Source: Mobula hypostoma
Lineage: Eukaryota
DNA length: 64,000 nucleotides
NCBI RefSeq assembly: GCF_963921235.1
Contig: NC_086099.1
Coordinates: 126,294,001-126,358,000, forward strand
Direction: 5' to 3'
Shown: piece after piece, positions 48,871 through 60,393 of the stretch
Layout of the letters: each line of letters begins with the position of its first letter
Numbering within the stretch: the stretch's first letter is position 1
Translations under genes and position numbers: made by a program
Notes under the pieces: generated by a model
Seen by the model: the letters and a program-made list of their open reading frames with translations, nothing else
What the model was told of the DNA's origin: nothing
Databases searched by the model: none

Positions 48871-49479
48871 GATCTATTCCAAAACAGAAAAGGGAAAATC
48901 TCTTCTAAGAAATGAGCACTAATTCATGAGGACTGGATTCAATATGATAGTGCATGTAGCTTGAAAGCAAGTGGTTAGCTCTGAACAATTACATATTCCT
49001 TGTAAATCCCTTTCAAATCAAGCTCCAAACCTTCAAACCTTGATTTTATGTTCTTAACAGAGACCTGGTTAAATTTAAATGAATACAGCCAGTTATCTGT
49101 ACTGTGCCCCCACTGACTTGGACAATTTCAGTGTACCAAGGCCTAGTGGATGAGGTAGCACATCTTGCTATTGTGTGCAGAAAGATTTTAGGTATTACCT
49201 CCGGTCTGTCAACAATTTTTCATGTTTTGAGGTACGTATGTTTAAAATTTGTGGTACAGATCCTGCTGTCTGCATTATCACTTATTGTCTCTCAAATGCA
49301 AACTCTATGCCAGTTGAATTTATGAGCTGACCAGACAATCTAGTTCTTACCTAGCATGTCACTGAGCCCGTCCATTGACTTGAAAATACACTTGACTTAG
49401 GGATGACAAAAGGGTTAAATATTATTTTAGTAGGTTTCAATAGGTACATTGAATGTCAGAGAAATGTATACAATATACT

Positions 49480-49790
49480 GTATTTATATCGAATAGAGTA
49501 GATTACTGCAATGCACTTTTTACTGGCTTCCCAAAGCAGTCTATTGGCAAACTTCAACTCATTCAGAATGTTGCTGCTAGACTGTTCACTAAAACCAAGA
49601 TGAGGGAACATGTCTCTCCCATAATAGCTTCTCTCCATTGGCTTCCTGTATCTCTTAGAATTGATTTTAAAGGTTTTTTTACTTGTTTTTAAATCTCTCA
49701 ATGTCTTGGGACCAGAGTACATCACAGAATTATTTTTGTTTTATAATCTTAGTTTTAAACATCAACTCAAAACATATTTATTTATCCTTG
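49480..49790 (+). mobile_element. L2-clade LINE fragment
   Basis: RVDYCNALF..LQLIQNVAARL..HVSPIIASLHWLPVSLRIDFK. Confidence 0.85.
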
Positions 49791-49902
49791 CTTTTAACTG
49801 ACATCCCCTTGTCTTTTATTTTCATGTTCATTTTTATTTTTAAATTTTATTTTATTTTCATGTTTGGACTTTATCCCATTGTAAATTATCATTCTCAACG
49901 TC

Positions 49903-50656
49903 ACTAAAACCAAAGAACTGATTGTGGAGCTCATAAAGAGTAGGACAAGCGAACAACACCAGTCCTCACTGAGGGATCAGAAGTGGTGAGAGAGAGAAAT
50001 TTCAGGTTGTTGGGTGTCAATATCTCTGAGGATCTAACCTGGACCCAATATATCGACGCAACTACCAAGAGGGCATGATAGTGGCTATATTTCATTATGA
50101 GTTTGAGGAGATTTGGTATGTCACAAAAACGCTCACAAATTTCTACAGATATATTGTGGAGAGCATTCTGACAGGTTGCATCACAGTCTGGTATGGTGTG
50201 GGAGGGCGGATTGTGGGGAGCTACTGCATAGGATCGAAGTAAGCTGCAGAGAGTTGTAAACTTAGTCAGCTCCATCATGGGCACTAGCCTCCATAGTATT
50301 CAGGACATCTTCAAGGAGCGATGCCTCAAAAAGGGGGCATCCATCATTAAGAACCCCCAACACCCAGGTCATGATTTGTTGTCATTGCTACCACCAAGAA
50401 GGAGGTAGAAAAACCTCATTCAATGATTCAGGAACAAATTCTTCCCCTCAGCTGTCCAATTTCCAAATGGACATTGAACCCACCACTACTCGTTAATTTC
50501 CATTAGTACACTATTATTTAATTTAACTGTTTAATATATATATTTACTGTAACTCATGTGCTTTTTTCTCTATTATTATACATTGCAATGTACCGCTTCC
50601 ATAAAGTCAACAAATTTCACTACATATGACAGTAATTTTAAACCTGATTTTGATTC
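49903..50656 (+). mobile_element. Rex1/Babar 3' fragment
   Basis: NVTKTKELIV..; IKNPQHPGHDLLSLLP remnant; ctgattttgattct tail. Confidence 0.8.
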
Positions 50657-51363
50657 TGTTTCTAAATTATTATTATTATCATTGTTGTATTTTTATTTTT
50701 TCTCAGCTCAGGCTGGTAAAACCCAATGTACGGGCATAGCCAAGTACACTCATTTCTCAATTGCTAGGAACTTTCGGACTATTCTAGTATCTTTGTTATT
50801 ATAGTTATTAATAACAAATGTGATGAAAATATCAGATTTTCACCTCATTGCCTGAATGTAAAGAAAAGCAATCAATATGTTAGACAAAGGCATAAAAACG
50901 TCCTTCATCAGCTTTATGCCCATAGAACAGTCTGTGGGGGCAGATTGGAACTACACACAGTATCACTGATTGATTTGTTATTTTGAAGAAATATATTCAT
51001 TGATTTCATGCCAGTTACAGTAAAAAAGATGAGGAAAAATGTCAAGTGAAGGCATTTAGACAGCACAATCACTTCACAAGGTAAAAACCAAATACACAGC
51101 AGGCCAGGCTGCACCTGTGCTCCTGACTTGCGGGCTACTTACAGCACTTCCTGTTTTTATTTTCAATTTGTAGTATTTGTAGTTCTGTTGATTTTCATTT
51201 ACTTCACAAGCTGCTGCCAGTGCAGGACGGTGGGTTAGAATGACGTGTTGAGAGTTCAGGTGAGGTGGTTTTGGTATCCAAAAATATTTGAAACAAACTT
51301 GATCTCCGGAGGGGAGACAAGACTTTTGCTTCAATGTATTTATTGTAACAGTTATTCATACGT

Positions 51364-51582
51364 TGTAGCGATGTGCTACACACAGAGCTAGAAATAACGA
51401 CACACAGTCTGTAAGTCATACTCGAGACTAATTTATTCAAACTTCGCAGCACTGGCTTTTAAGCAGTTCTCTTTCAGCCCTCTCAGGGCGGAAATGACGT
51501 CAGAGGTGCATTATAAAAGTCTCTACCCGTTCGCACATCATTTTGTGAGCCGGTTTGCTTGTGTAGAAAGGGGGTTGCCACA
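51364..51582 (-). mobile_element. Gypsy 3' LTR (219 bp)
   Basis: Minus strand TGTGGCAA...TCGCTACA with AATAAA inside; preceded on the minus strand by a G-rich polypurine tract (~51589-51603). Confidence 0.88.
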
Positions 51583-53208
51583 TAACGACCCCCCCCGCCC
51601 CCCAGAACCAGCAATACAACCCCTAATGTCCACAGTCTGGATCAGTCTCCGTTTGGGTGGTCTGCCTCTGCGCCGCGGTGCCTGAACCTCGACTGGCTGC
51701 ACCAAGTCCACATGGGCCGGTTTGAGTCGGTCCACCGTGAAAACCTCGTCTTTCCCCCCAATGTCCAGCACGAACGTGGACCCGTTGTTCCTGATCACCT
51801 CGAACGGCCCCTCGTGTGGCCGCTGTAGCGGTGCCCAGTGTGCGCCCCTATGTACGAATACAAACTTACAGTTCTGCAGGTCTTTGGGTACGCAGTTTGG
51901 GATCTGTCCGTGCTGTGAAGTCAGTATGGGGGCTAGTTTGCTGAGCCTTTCGCGTAGTCTGTCCAGGACTGCTGCGGGTTCTTCCTCTTGCCCCCTTGAG
52001 GCCGGTATGAACTCTCCTGGGACGACCAGGGGTGCGCCGTACTCCAGCTTGGCCGACGAGGTGTGCAGATCCTCTTTGGGTGCTGTGCAAATTCTAAGCA
52101 GGACCCAGGGAAGTTCGTCCACCCAGTTAGGCCCTTTCAGGCGGGCCATGAGAACCGACGTCAAGTGATGTTGGAAGTGTTCCACTAGTCCGTTTGACTG
52201 TGGGTGGTAGGCAGTTGTGTGGTGTAGCTGTGTTCCCAACAGGCTGGCCACAGCTGACCACAGGCTGGAGGTGAACTGGACGCTTCTGTCGGAGGTAATG
52301 TGGGCCGGTATCCCGAAGCGGGCTACCCAGTTTGCAATCAGCGCTCGGGTGCAGGAATCGGCGGTGGTGTCGGTGAGCAGGACTGCCTCTGGCCATGTCG
52401 TGAACTGGTCTACCATAGTTAGGAGGTACCGCGCTCCTCGCGACACTGGCAGGGGCCCCACGATATCCACATGAATGTGGGCGAACCTCCGGCGGGTGGG
52501 TTCGAACTGCTGTGGCGGGACTTTGGTGTGCCGCTGCACCTTGGCTGTTTGGCACTGCCTGCACGTTTTGGCCCATTCGCTGACCTGTTTGCGAAGTCTG
52601 TGCCACACAGACTTGCTGGAGACCATCCGGAAGGCTGACCTGATAGATGGGTGCGCCAAGCCATGTATGGAGTCGAAAACTCGCCACCGCCAGGCTGCCG
52701 GGATGATGGGGCGAGGTTGGCCGGTAGCCGCGTCACACAGGAGGGTCCTCTCACCTGGGCCTACGAGGAAGTCTTGCAGCTGCAAACCCGAGACTACGGT
52801 TCTGTAGCTGGGCATCTCGTCATTTGCCTGCTGCACCTCCGCCAGTGCTGCATAGTCCACCCCTTGGGACAAGGCCTGGATAGCTGGTCTGGATAGTGCT
52901 TCCGCGACGATGTTGTCCTTTCCCGAGACATGCTGGATTTCCGTCGTGTACTCGGAGACGTAGGACAGATGTCGCTGCTGGCGGGCCGACCAGGGATCAG
53001 GCACCTTCGTGAACGTGAAGGTCAATGGTTTGTGGTCCATGAACGTGGTGAACGGCCTGCCTTCTAAGAAGTACCTGAAATGCCGAATTGCCATATATAG
53101 CGCCAACAGCTCCCGGTCGAAGGCACTGTACTTGAGTTCGGGTGGCCGTAGGTGCCTGCTGAAGAACGCCAGGGGTTGCCAGCGCCCCTCGATGAGTTGT
53201 TCCAGCAA
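51538..53208 (-). CDS. Ty3/Gypsy pol fragment: RNase H C-terminus plus integrase, frame still open
   Basis: PLAFFSR..YSAFDRELLA, DHKPL, GKDNIVAEALSR; HHCC (HGLAHP..CRQC); HVDIVGP, ITSD, YHPQSNGLVE; GPF and VDRLKP motifs. Confidence 0.93.
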   Translation of the reverse strand: MLEQLIEGRWQPLAFFSRHLRPPELKYSAFDRELLALYMAIRHFRYFLEGRPFTTFMDHKPLTFTFTKVPDPWSARQQRHLSYVSEYTTEIQHVSGKDNIVAEALSRPAIQALSQGVDYAALAEVQQANDEMPSYRTVVSGLQLQDFLVGPGERTLLCDAATGQPRPIIPAAWRWRVFDSIHGLAHPSIRSAFRMVSSKSVWHRLRKQVSEWAKTCRQCQTAKVQRHTKVPPQQFEPTRRRFAHIHVDIVGPLPVSRGARYLLTMVDQFTTWPEAVLLTDTTADSCTRALIANWVARFGIPAHITSDRSVQFTSSLWSAVASLLGTQLHHTTAYHPQSNGLVEHFQHHLTSVLMARLKGPNWVDELPWVLLRICTAPKEDLHTSSAKLEYGAPLVVPGEFIPASRGQEEEPAAVLDRLRERLSKLAPILTSQHGQIPNCVPKDLQNCKFVFVHRGAHWAPLQRPHEGPFEVIRNNGSTFVLDIGGKDEVFTVDRLKPAHVDLVQPVEVQAPRRRGRPPKRRLIQTVDIRGCIAGSGGRGGSLCGNPLSTQANRLTK

Positions 53209-53629
53209 CTTGTATATTGTATACATTCTTTGATATAAAACGGAATGATTGAAATATTGGAGATTAGACATGGCTTTTTAAAATTCTGAATCCCTGTTAT
53301 GCAATAGACCGAGTATAGAAAATTTCAAGGTTAGGTCTGGAAATATAAGAATATCTGTAATGTCCTGAAACCAACTCAACTTTTGCCAGCGGTTCCATGG
53401 AGAGCTGCCAGCCTGTCCCATTTCAGAGTCAGCTCACTTCTGATATACATATCGTGTATGGCAAAAGAGAAATCAGGAAGGGTATCATAGTGTCCCAAAG
53501 TTAGGGTGAAAAGACTTCATAACTGGCCCTCCAGTTCATACCAAGGGAGGGCTGGCATGTGCAGTGTGACCATTCTTCAGAAACTATTACTATGTTGCAA
53601 TTCCTTCCCTCCAAATTTTCATACTGGTT

Positions 53630-53740
53630 GTCTCCCTTTCATTCCAGATGAAGGGTCTCGACCCATAATGTCGGCTGTCCATTTCCTTCCAAAGCTGCTG
53701 ACTGACCCGTTGAGTTCCTCCAACACTTTGTATGTTGCTC
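53630..53740 (+). mobile_element. PLE-derived unit with decayed hammerhead
   Basis: CCAGATGAAGGGTCTCGACCCATAATGTCGGCT. Confidence 0.65.
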
Positions 53741-53815
53741 CTGTATTTCTCTTCGTGAGTTTAAAAATATTAAACTACTAAACAAGAAAGAATGTTAAAA
53801 GGAAAGGTCTTATAG

Positions 53816-54335
53816 CATCTCCCATCTGGTGATTGCCCATCGTGTCCGACGATGACAGGAGAGCTGTGTGGGAGAGCTTTTAAAGTAGAAAAGCCATTGT
53901 CCTGGGGTGGTTCCACTCTCTCAACCTCAGAAGTCCAGGTGTAGTTGTACAAACAAGCGTCATAAACGGGTGCCTCCCTCGGTTGCAGTGGATGACAATG
54001 TAATCTCCGCCTTGTCATGCCCTTTGCTCTCCCCCGAGTGTTGAAGAACCACCCATCTGATCATTGGATCTCACTGTAGATCTCATCCAGCCAGTCCGCT
54101 GGAGATGACTTTGCATACAAGGACAGGCTTGACGCCATCTCACTGGGGTATGAGGCTGCCAGCTACCCTCACTTGTAGGGACGCCTGTAGGGACGGTGTA
54201 CCAGGGTGTGGCCGCTGTCACATACAAACAGCTACTTGGAGCCACAGGTGAGAGCTGAGTGTCCAGAGAGGACTAAAGGAGAGTGAGCTGCCCTGGAACG
54301 GACAGGACGAGCCCTTCACCAGAGGTGCTACCCCT
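53816..54335 (-). mobile_element. Unclassified non-autonomous retroposon, probably RTE-derived
   Basis: GC-richer block with sharp boundaries; classification is inferred. Confidence 0.4.
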
Positions 54336-54410
54336 CATCTCATGCTGTGCTGTCAAATTTGACAACTCCTATTGTGATTTTCCTATTAGGATGTTAATCT
54401 CACAGGCTTT

Positions 54411-54697
54411 TAGAAACATAGAAACATAGAAAATAGGTGCAGGAGTAGGCCATTCGGCCCTTCGAGCCTGCACCGCCATCTATTATGATCATGGCTGATC
54501 ATCCAACTCAGAACCCCGCCCCAGCCTTCCCTCCATACCCCCTGACCCCCGTAGCCACAAGGGCCATATCTAACTCCCTCTTAAACATAGCCAATGAACT
54601 GGCCTCAACTGTTTCCTGTGGCAGAGAATTCCACAGATTCACCACTCTCTGTGTGAAGAAGTTTTTCCTAACCTCGGTCCTAAAAGGCTTCCCCTCT
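54411..54697 (-). mobile_element. Young CR1 3' fragment
   Basis: About 5 differences from 42832-43118 over ~287 bp. Confidence 0.93.
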
Positions 54698-55119
54698 TTT
54701 GGAGGGAATTGCATTGAGAATATTTTTACATTTCATGGCTGCTGGAGTTAAATAGGTTATTTTGCACAGTTAGCTAAATGTACAAGGTATATAATTCAGA
54801 GGTACAGCCAAGGAAGAAGTATAATGAGATTTCTCTAGACAAAATAATACCCTTTTGTCCAAATTTACCAATGGGAGCATATTCACAGTTTTGTCCATAA
54901 CATCAGAGAGTCAGTGCAATGCAGTTTGCTCAGCAGGTGTTTAAACAACTGATTTTACAATCCTGCTACCCAGTGAGAATAGGAGAGGTGAATAATACTG
55001 AAAGGCAGTGAGGTAAACTTTCAGAGTTCTTGCCTGCATCTGTCACAGCTAGTCAGGGTCCTCTTATTTCATGAGGCACTCCATTGTTTGGGGTCTAGCT
55101 GTCTTTATGATACCGAAGC

Positions 55120-55628
55120 TGGTACGCAAGCCAGGACAATGTCATCTGGAGAGTAAGCTGTTGCCTGTGTAGCAGGCTCCTCTTCTCCATGCAGCTGATG
55201 AAACCAAAGAAACGGCAGAGACAGATAGAGTTTGGCACCAGCAGCATTGCAGGAGCTGCCAGTCAGTGTTGAACTGAACATTGGACTGTCTTAGAGACTC
55301 AAGCTCTGGGTTTTCCCTTGGGATTTATTCTTGAAGCCTTCCCCAAGAGTGGGTACAGCAAGGCAGTGGGGGTTTGAGATCAGAGATTTCCTTGTCCTGG
55401 AAGAGCTGACAACCACAGCTGACGAGCCCCATCTTCCCAAGGTGACTGGTTTTAAAGTGCCAGTAACATACCTTTGCCTCTTCTCCTGTCAGTAGAAATA
55501 GTTCTGTCGGGCTTTGTAGCTAAACCACACATGAAGGCCAGGAGCTGAACTTGGTTGTGAGAGACTATTTGAGATACTATTGGGAGCATTTAGTAAGTAG
55601 TAAGAGCTTATCCCTACTACCTCCCCTG
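55120..55628 (-). mobile_element. Non-autonomous repeat (copy of the 4857-5290 family)
   Basis: Reverse-complement homology. Confidence 0.6.
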
Positions 55629-55984
55629 GCTCTGAAAACCTTAAGGAACCAGCTTATTTTAACGATTTTGAATAATAAGTTGACTTGAGAGGAGAAGTTG
55701 CACAAGCTATACTTGCATCCACTGAAGTTTAGTGGAGTGAGATGGGACTTGATTGAAACATTCATGATCTCAGGGAGACAAGGTGTTGGGCAGTGGGCGG
55801 ATATGAAGAGGAAGTTTCCAGATGTGGGAGAATACAGAACCAAGAATTACTGAATTAACAAAAGGCATCACCTAATTAAGAGAGGGATGACATTTTTCTA
55901 TCTCTGAAAGAGTTTTCTTTGGAATCCCTTCTTCAAAAGAAGAATATACCAATAGTGGTAACTTTATTCTGTAGCTCTGTAGTT

Positions 55985-56436
55985 AAAAAATTGGCCACTG
56001 AGTGTATGTTCATGGTCTTCAGCTGCTGTAGCCCATCTGCTTCAAGGTTTGTTTTTTTGTGTGTCTAGAGTTACTGACACCTTCCTGACAGCTTGAACCA
56101 GTCTCTGGCCATTCCCCTCTGACGTCTCTCATTAACGAGCTGTTTTTGCCACAGAATTGCCACTCACTGGATTTTTTTTATTTTTGCACCATTCTCTGTA
56201 ATCTCCAGAGACCGTTGTGTGTAAAAATCCCAGGAGATCAGCAGTTTCTGAGGTAGTCAAACCACCCCATCTGGCACCAACAATCATTCCACAGTCAAAG
56301 TCACTTAGATCAAATCTCTTCTCCATTCTGATATTCGGTCTGAACAAAAACTGATCCTCTTGACCATGTCTGCATACTTTTACGCATTGAGTTGCTGATT
56401 AGATATTTCACTAGCAAGCAGGTGTACATGAGGTAC
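55985..56436 (-). mobile_element. Tc1 fragment (N-terminal HTH)
   Basis: DLSDFDCGMIVGARWGGLTTSETADLLGFLHTTVS; TGGCCACTGAGTG motif. Confidence 0.8.
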
Positions 56437-56539
56437 CTAGTGAAGGGTCTTGGCCCATAACTTCTACTGTTTACTCTTTTCCATAGATGCTGCCTGGCCT
56501 GCTGAATTCCTCCAGCATTTTGTGTGTGTAGTTTGAAGG

Positions 56540-57737
56540 ACAGGCAGATGATAGGGCAAAATTGCAGTCAGTGGAATGTAAAAGGGAGACAAAATTGAAA
56601 AGCGTGACTGAAGGTGTTATATTTGAATGCACACAGTATGTGAAAAAAAGGTAGATGATCTGGTAGTGTAGTTTGAGATTGGCAGGTATGATGTTGTGGG
56701 TATAACAGAGTCATGGCTGAAAGATGATTGTAGTTGGGAGCTTAATATCCAAGGACACACAATTCTTGAAAGGACAGGCAGGTGGGCTGAGTAGGAGGAA
56801 TAGCTCTGCTTGTAAAAGTATGAAATCAAATCTTTAGAAAGAGGTGACAGAAGATCAGAAGATGTAAAATCCTTGTTTAGAAATTGCAAGGGTAAGAAGG
56901 ACCTGGTGAGAGTTATTTACAGGCCTCCAAAAGGTAGCCAGGATGTGGTCTTCAAATTACAACAGGAGCGAGAAAAAGCATGTCAAAAGGCAATATTATG
57001 TTAATTATGGGGGATTCCAATATGCAGAAAGATTGGGAAAATCAGATTGGGAAAATCAGACTGGACCCTAAGAGAGAATTTGTGGAAAGCCTCTGAGATG
57101 GACTTCTGGAGCAGGTTGTAGTTGAGCCCACTAGGGGATCAGCAATTCTGGATTGGGTGTTGTGCAATGAACCAGATATGATTAGGGAGCTTAAGGTAAA
57201 GGAACCCTTGGAAACAGTGATCATAATATGTTAGAATTCACCCTGCAATTTGAGAGATAGGAGCTAAATTCAGGTGTATCAGTATTACAGTGGAGTTAAG
57301 GGAATTACTGACATATAGAGAGATGCTGGCCAAAGCTGATTAGAAGGGGACACTAGCAAGGATGAGGGCAGTGCTGCTGGAGTTTCTGGGAGCAATTTAG
57401 GGACAAAATAGATATATCCCAAAGAACAGGAAGTATTCTATGCTGGATGATGTAATCGTGGCTGACAAGGGAAGTCAAAGCAGAATAAAAGAAAAGGTTA
57501 AGGCATATAATAGAGCAAAAATTAGTGGGAAGTTAGAGGATTGGGAAATGTTTAAAAGCCGACTGAAATTAACTAAAAAAACATACGGAATGAAAGATGA
57601 AATATGAGGGTAAGCTAGGTAATAATACCAAAAATGATACAGAAGTTTTTTTCAGATATATAAAGATTAAAAGAGAGGCAAGAGTAGATACTTGATCCCA
57701 AGAAAATGACACTGGAGAGAAAGTAATAGGGGATATC
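56540..57737 (+). mobile_element. CR1 ORF2 endonuclease-region fragment
   Basis: Colinear with 45950-47130 (GITESWL, IYRPP, SDHNML remnants). Confidence 0.85.
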
Positions 57738-57739
57738 AA

Positions 57740-58051
57740 AAATTTACTGTCATGAGCAATAAACAGTAAAAAACTATATCAAATCAGTATTTATTGTGAC
57801 TGCCCTTTGCCTTTAAAACTGCAGAAGTTCAGTGTTGTGCAGTTTTATAAGAATATCAGCTGGTAGAATGTTCCAAGCATCTTGGCAAACTTGGCATGGT
57901 TCTTCTGCAGACTTTGGCTGCCTTGTTTCATTCTGTCTCTCCAGGTAATTCCGGACAGCCTTGATGATGTTAATTTCAGGGCTCTGTGGAAGCCATATTG
58001 TCTGAAACCATATCAAACACTTAGGGTGCCAAAGACTTTTGCACAGTACTG
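57740..58051 (-). mobile_element. Tc1 remnant: TIR joined to transposase C-terminus
   Basis: WLPQSPEINIIKAV (cf. WPxQSPDLNxIE); TIR CAGTACTGTGCAAAAGTC on the minus strand at 58051, with adjacent TA. Confidence 0.8.
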
Positions 58052-58638
58052 TACTCCTTGGGCTGACTGTTTAATTCTTGCTAAAAGGTCTCTTTTAATT
58101 TCTAAACATTTGCATTTCCACAACTTTCTGCTTTTAACTTAGTGCTATAATGTTCAGAAACGAGGCAGGGGATTTTAGTTTCAACTGGAACCCTCCGATA
58201 GGTGTGTCCAGGCTGGGTCACCCGGTGTCATTTTCTGGGATTTTTCCTGTTCGACCACTGCAACATCAAAGGAAAGTCAGCAGAAACTGCAGGTGGACTG
58301 GATTTTGGAAGGACAGGGTAATGCCAATCTCAGGGTGGTGTACAGCACTCTGAGAAATTTGATGACCTATCTGCATCCTTGTTACCTCTAGATTTGACAG
58401 TCCGAACACACTAAAAGCTGGGCTCTGACATCCTGCTCTCAGTTGCTCTGGGCTCTGTGCCTCTGTGGTACAGATCCTGGCTCACAGCATCTCATTCACT
58501 CCCCAACCTGGCACCCATAACCAACATTTTCTTCCCTGTGATCATTGCCAAAAGAGGATAGAACTATTAGCGAACACTAATCAGGAAGTGCTCCTTAGCA
58601 GTACATTTACTCTCTTTGCTTTCTGTTCGGTCTTTCGT

Positions 58639-58934
58639 TACGTGCCATGTCATTTTGACAAGAGCGATCATGACCTTTCCATGACCATGATTGGTATTTG
58701 GAAAATTTTCTACAGAAGCAGTTTGCCATTGCTGCCTTCTGGGCAGTTTCTTAGAAGATGGTGACCCCAGCCATTATCAATACTCTTCAGAGATTGTCAC
58801 ATAACCAGGACTTGACCCTAATCGGGGTGGGGGACTAAGTAGGTGCTACAGCTTGCCCAAGGGTGACCTGCAGGCTAGCGGAGCGAAGGAGCACCTTACA
58901 CCTCCTTTGGTAGAGACGCATCACCATCCCACCA
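58639..58934 (-). mobile_element. RTE-related (Bov-A-like) SINE
   Basis: Homologous to 30473-30852. Confidence 0.75.
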
Positions 58935-59454
58935 CCTGATAGCTTTGTGAGCTGCTTTCAAACCTAATTTCACCAAGCAAACACAGGTATTGTTTTTATA
59001 GCATATGGAAGCAGAATGTAAGAAGATGTTTCTTAATATTGCCCCAAATTTTGTCTAATTGGATTGAAGCTTCCATCTAATTTCAAATGCCATCAATTAT
59101 TTTTAATAAGAAAACAAACAAGTGTATCTGCATGTTAGTTTTCAAAATCAGATTCAGTTTGAATTGATAATTTAATCAAACTGCATTAGTTTCTTGAAGA
59201 GAGCGGATTGATTTAGTTGTACAATGATGCATGATACACATACCAAATCTAGTCACCTTGTCACACAGGTTTACACCACCAAAGTGAGAAGTAATTGAAT
59301 TAATATCCCAGCAGGGAAAGGTGATTGGGGGATGTACTTCAAAATGCGATTGGGTTGAGACCTCAAAATTAAGCAGTGATAGGATAAGGACTTTGGAAAC
59401 TATGAGCTCTTAGTTTTTTTTAAACCTGGGAATGAAATAATGGTGGAGTACATA

Positions 59455-60006
59455 CAGTACTGTGCAAAATTGTTAGGCACATATATATAACTAGGGTACC
59501 TAAGACTTTTGCACAGTACTGTACTGTAGTATTGCACAGTACTGCCGCAATAAAAAAACAAACTTCATGGCCGATGTGAGTGATGATAAATTTGTTTCTG
59601 ATATGGGTCTCTATTGTGAACTGAGAATAAGATGGGGACAAGGAGAGTGGACTGGTGTTTGGGAAAAGGGGAAGGGAGAGGGGAAGGAGCAAGAAGCTCC
59701 GGAGAGACATTCTGTAATGATCAATAAACCAATCGTTTGGAATCAAATGACCCTTGTCTGAAGTCTCAGGGCTGGGTGTGCCTGTACCTGCTCCACCTCC
59801 TGCCCCTGGCACTCCTTCTCTGCCATCTGTCCCACACCCCTCCCATGGTGCTCCACCCTCACCATTCCCAACATCCTTTGCTCCTGCCAGATTTATAAAC
59901 TCACTCCTTCGCTCCAAGTTGACAAATATGGTATTGTGCAAAAGTCTTAGGCACCCCAGCTATAAATATATATATGTGTGCCTAATACACATTTTGCACA
60001 GCACTG
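59455..60006 (+). mobile_element. Composite Tc1-type non-autonomous element (copy 2)
   Basis: Hairpin TIR pairs at 59455-59521 and 59929-60006; TA at the left flank. Confidence 0.82.
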
Positions 60007-60393
60007 TGTGTCAGGGTTCGATACAGTAGAAATGTGAGTAATGTGACTGGATGTGAACCTTAGGAAGGAGAAGCAGTAAGGTGCCTCCTCTGACCACAAG
60101 ACCCTAAAAAAAGGATTGTGAGGACTACTGAGAGGATGAGCGGGGTCTTTCTTCCACCCATTTGAGATATTTACAGTATTAGGAGCACTGTATATGCAGG
60201 GCCCTTGGCATTGTCAATGATCCCTCCGGTCAACCTAACAATCTCTTTGACTCCCTTACCATCAGCATGAGATAACATAGTATTAGGACAAGAACTGTGG
60301 GGATGGGAAATATCTTCTTTCCCCCAGGCCATAAGACTACTGAACACCCTGCCACCTCCCAGGTTTTATCATGTATGAAGCATCATAATGTTT

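Noticed and set aside
51722-53233. Multiple overlapping ORFs in alternative frames and on the + strand
   Set aside because: Shadow ORFs of the GC-rich Gypsy pol region
58230-58275. NF-kB-like and TCF/LEF (ACATCAAAGG) motifs
   Set aside because: Short motifs expected by chance in 64 kb, with no other support
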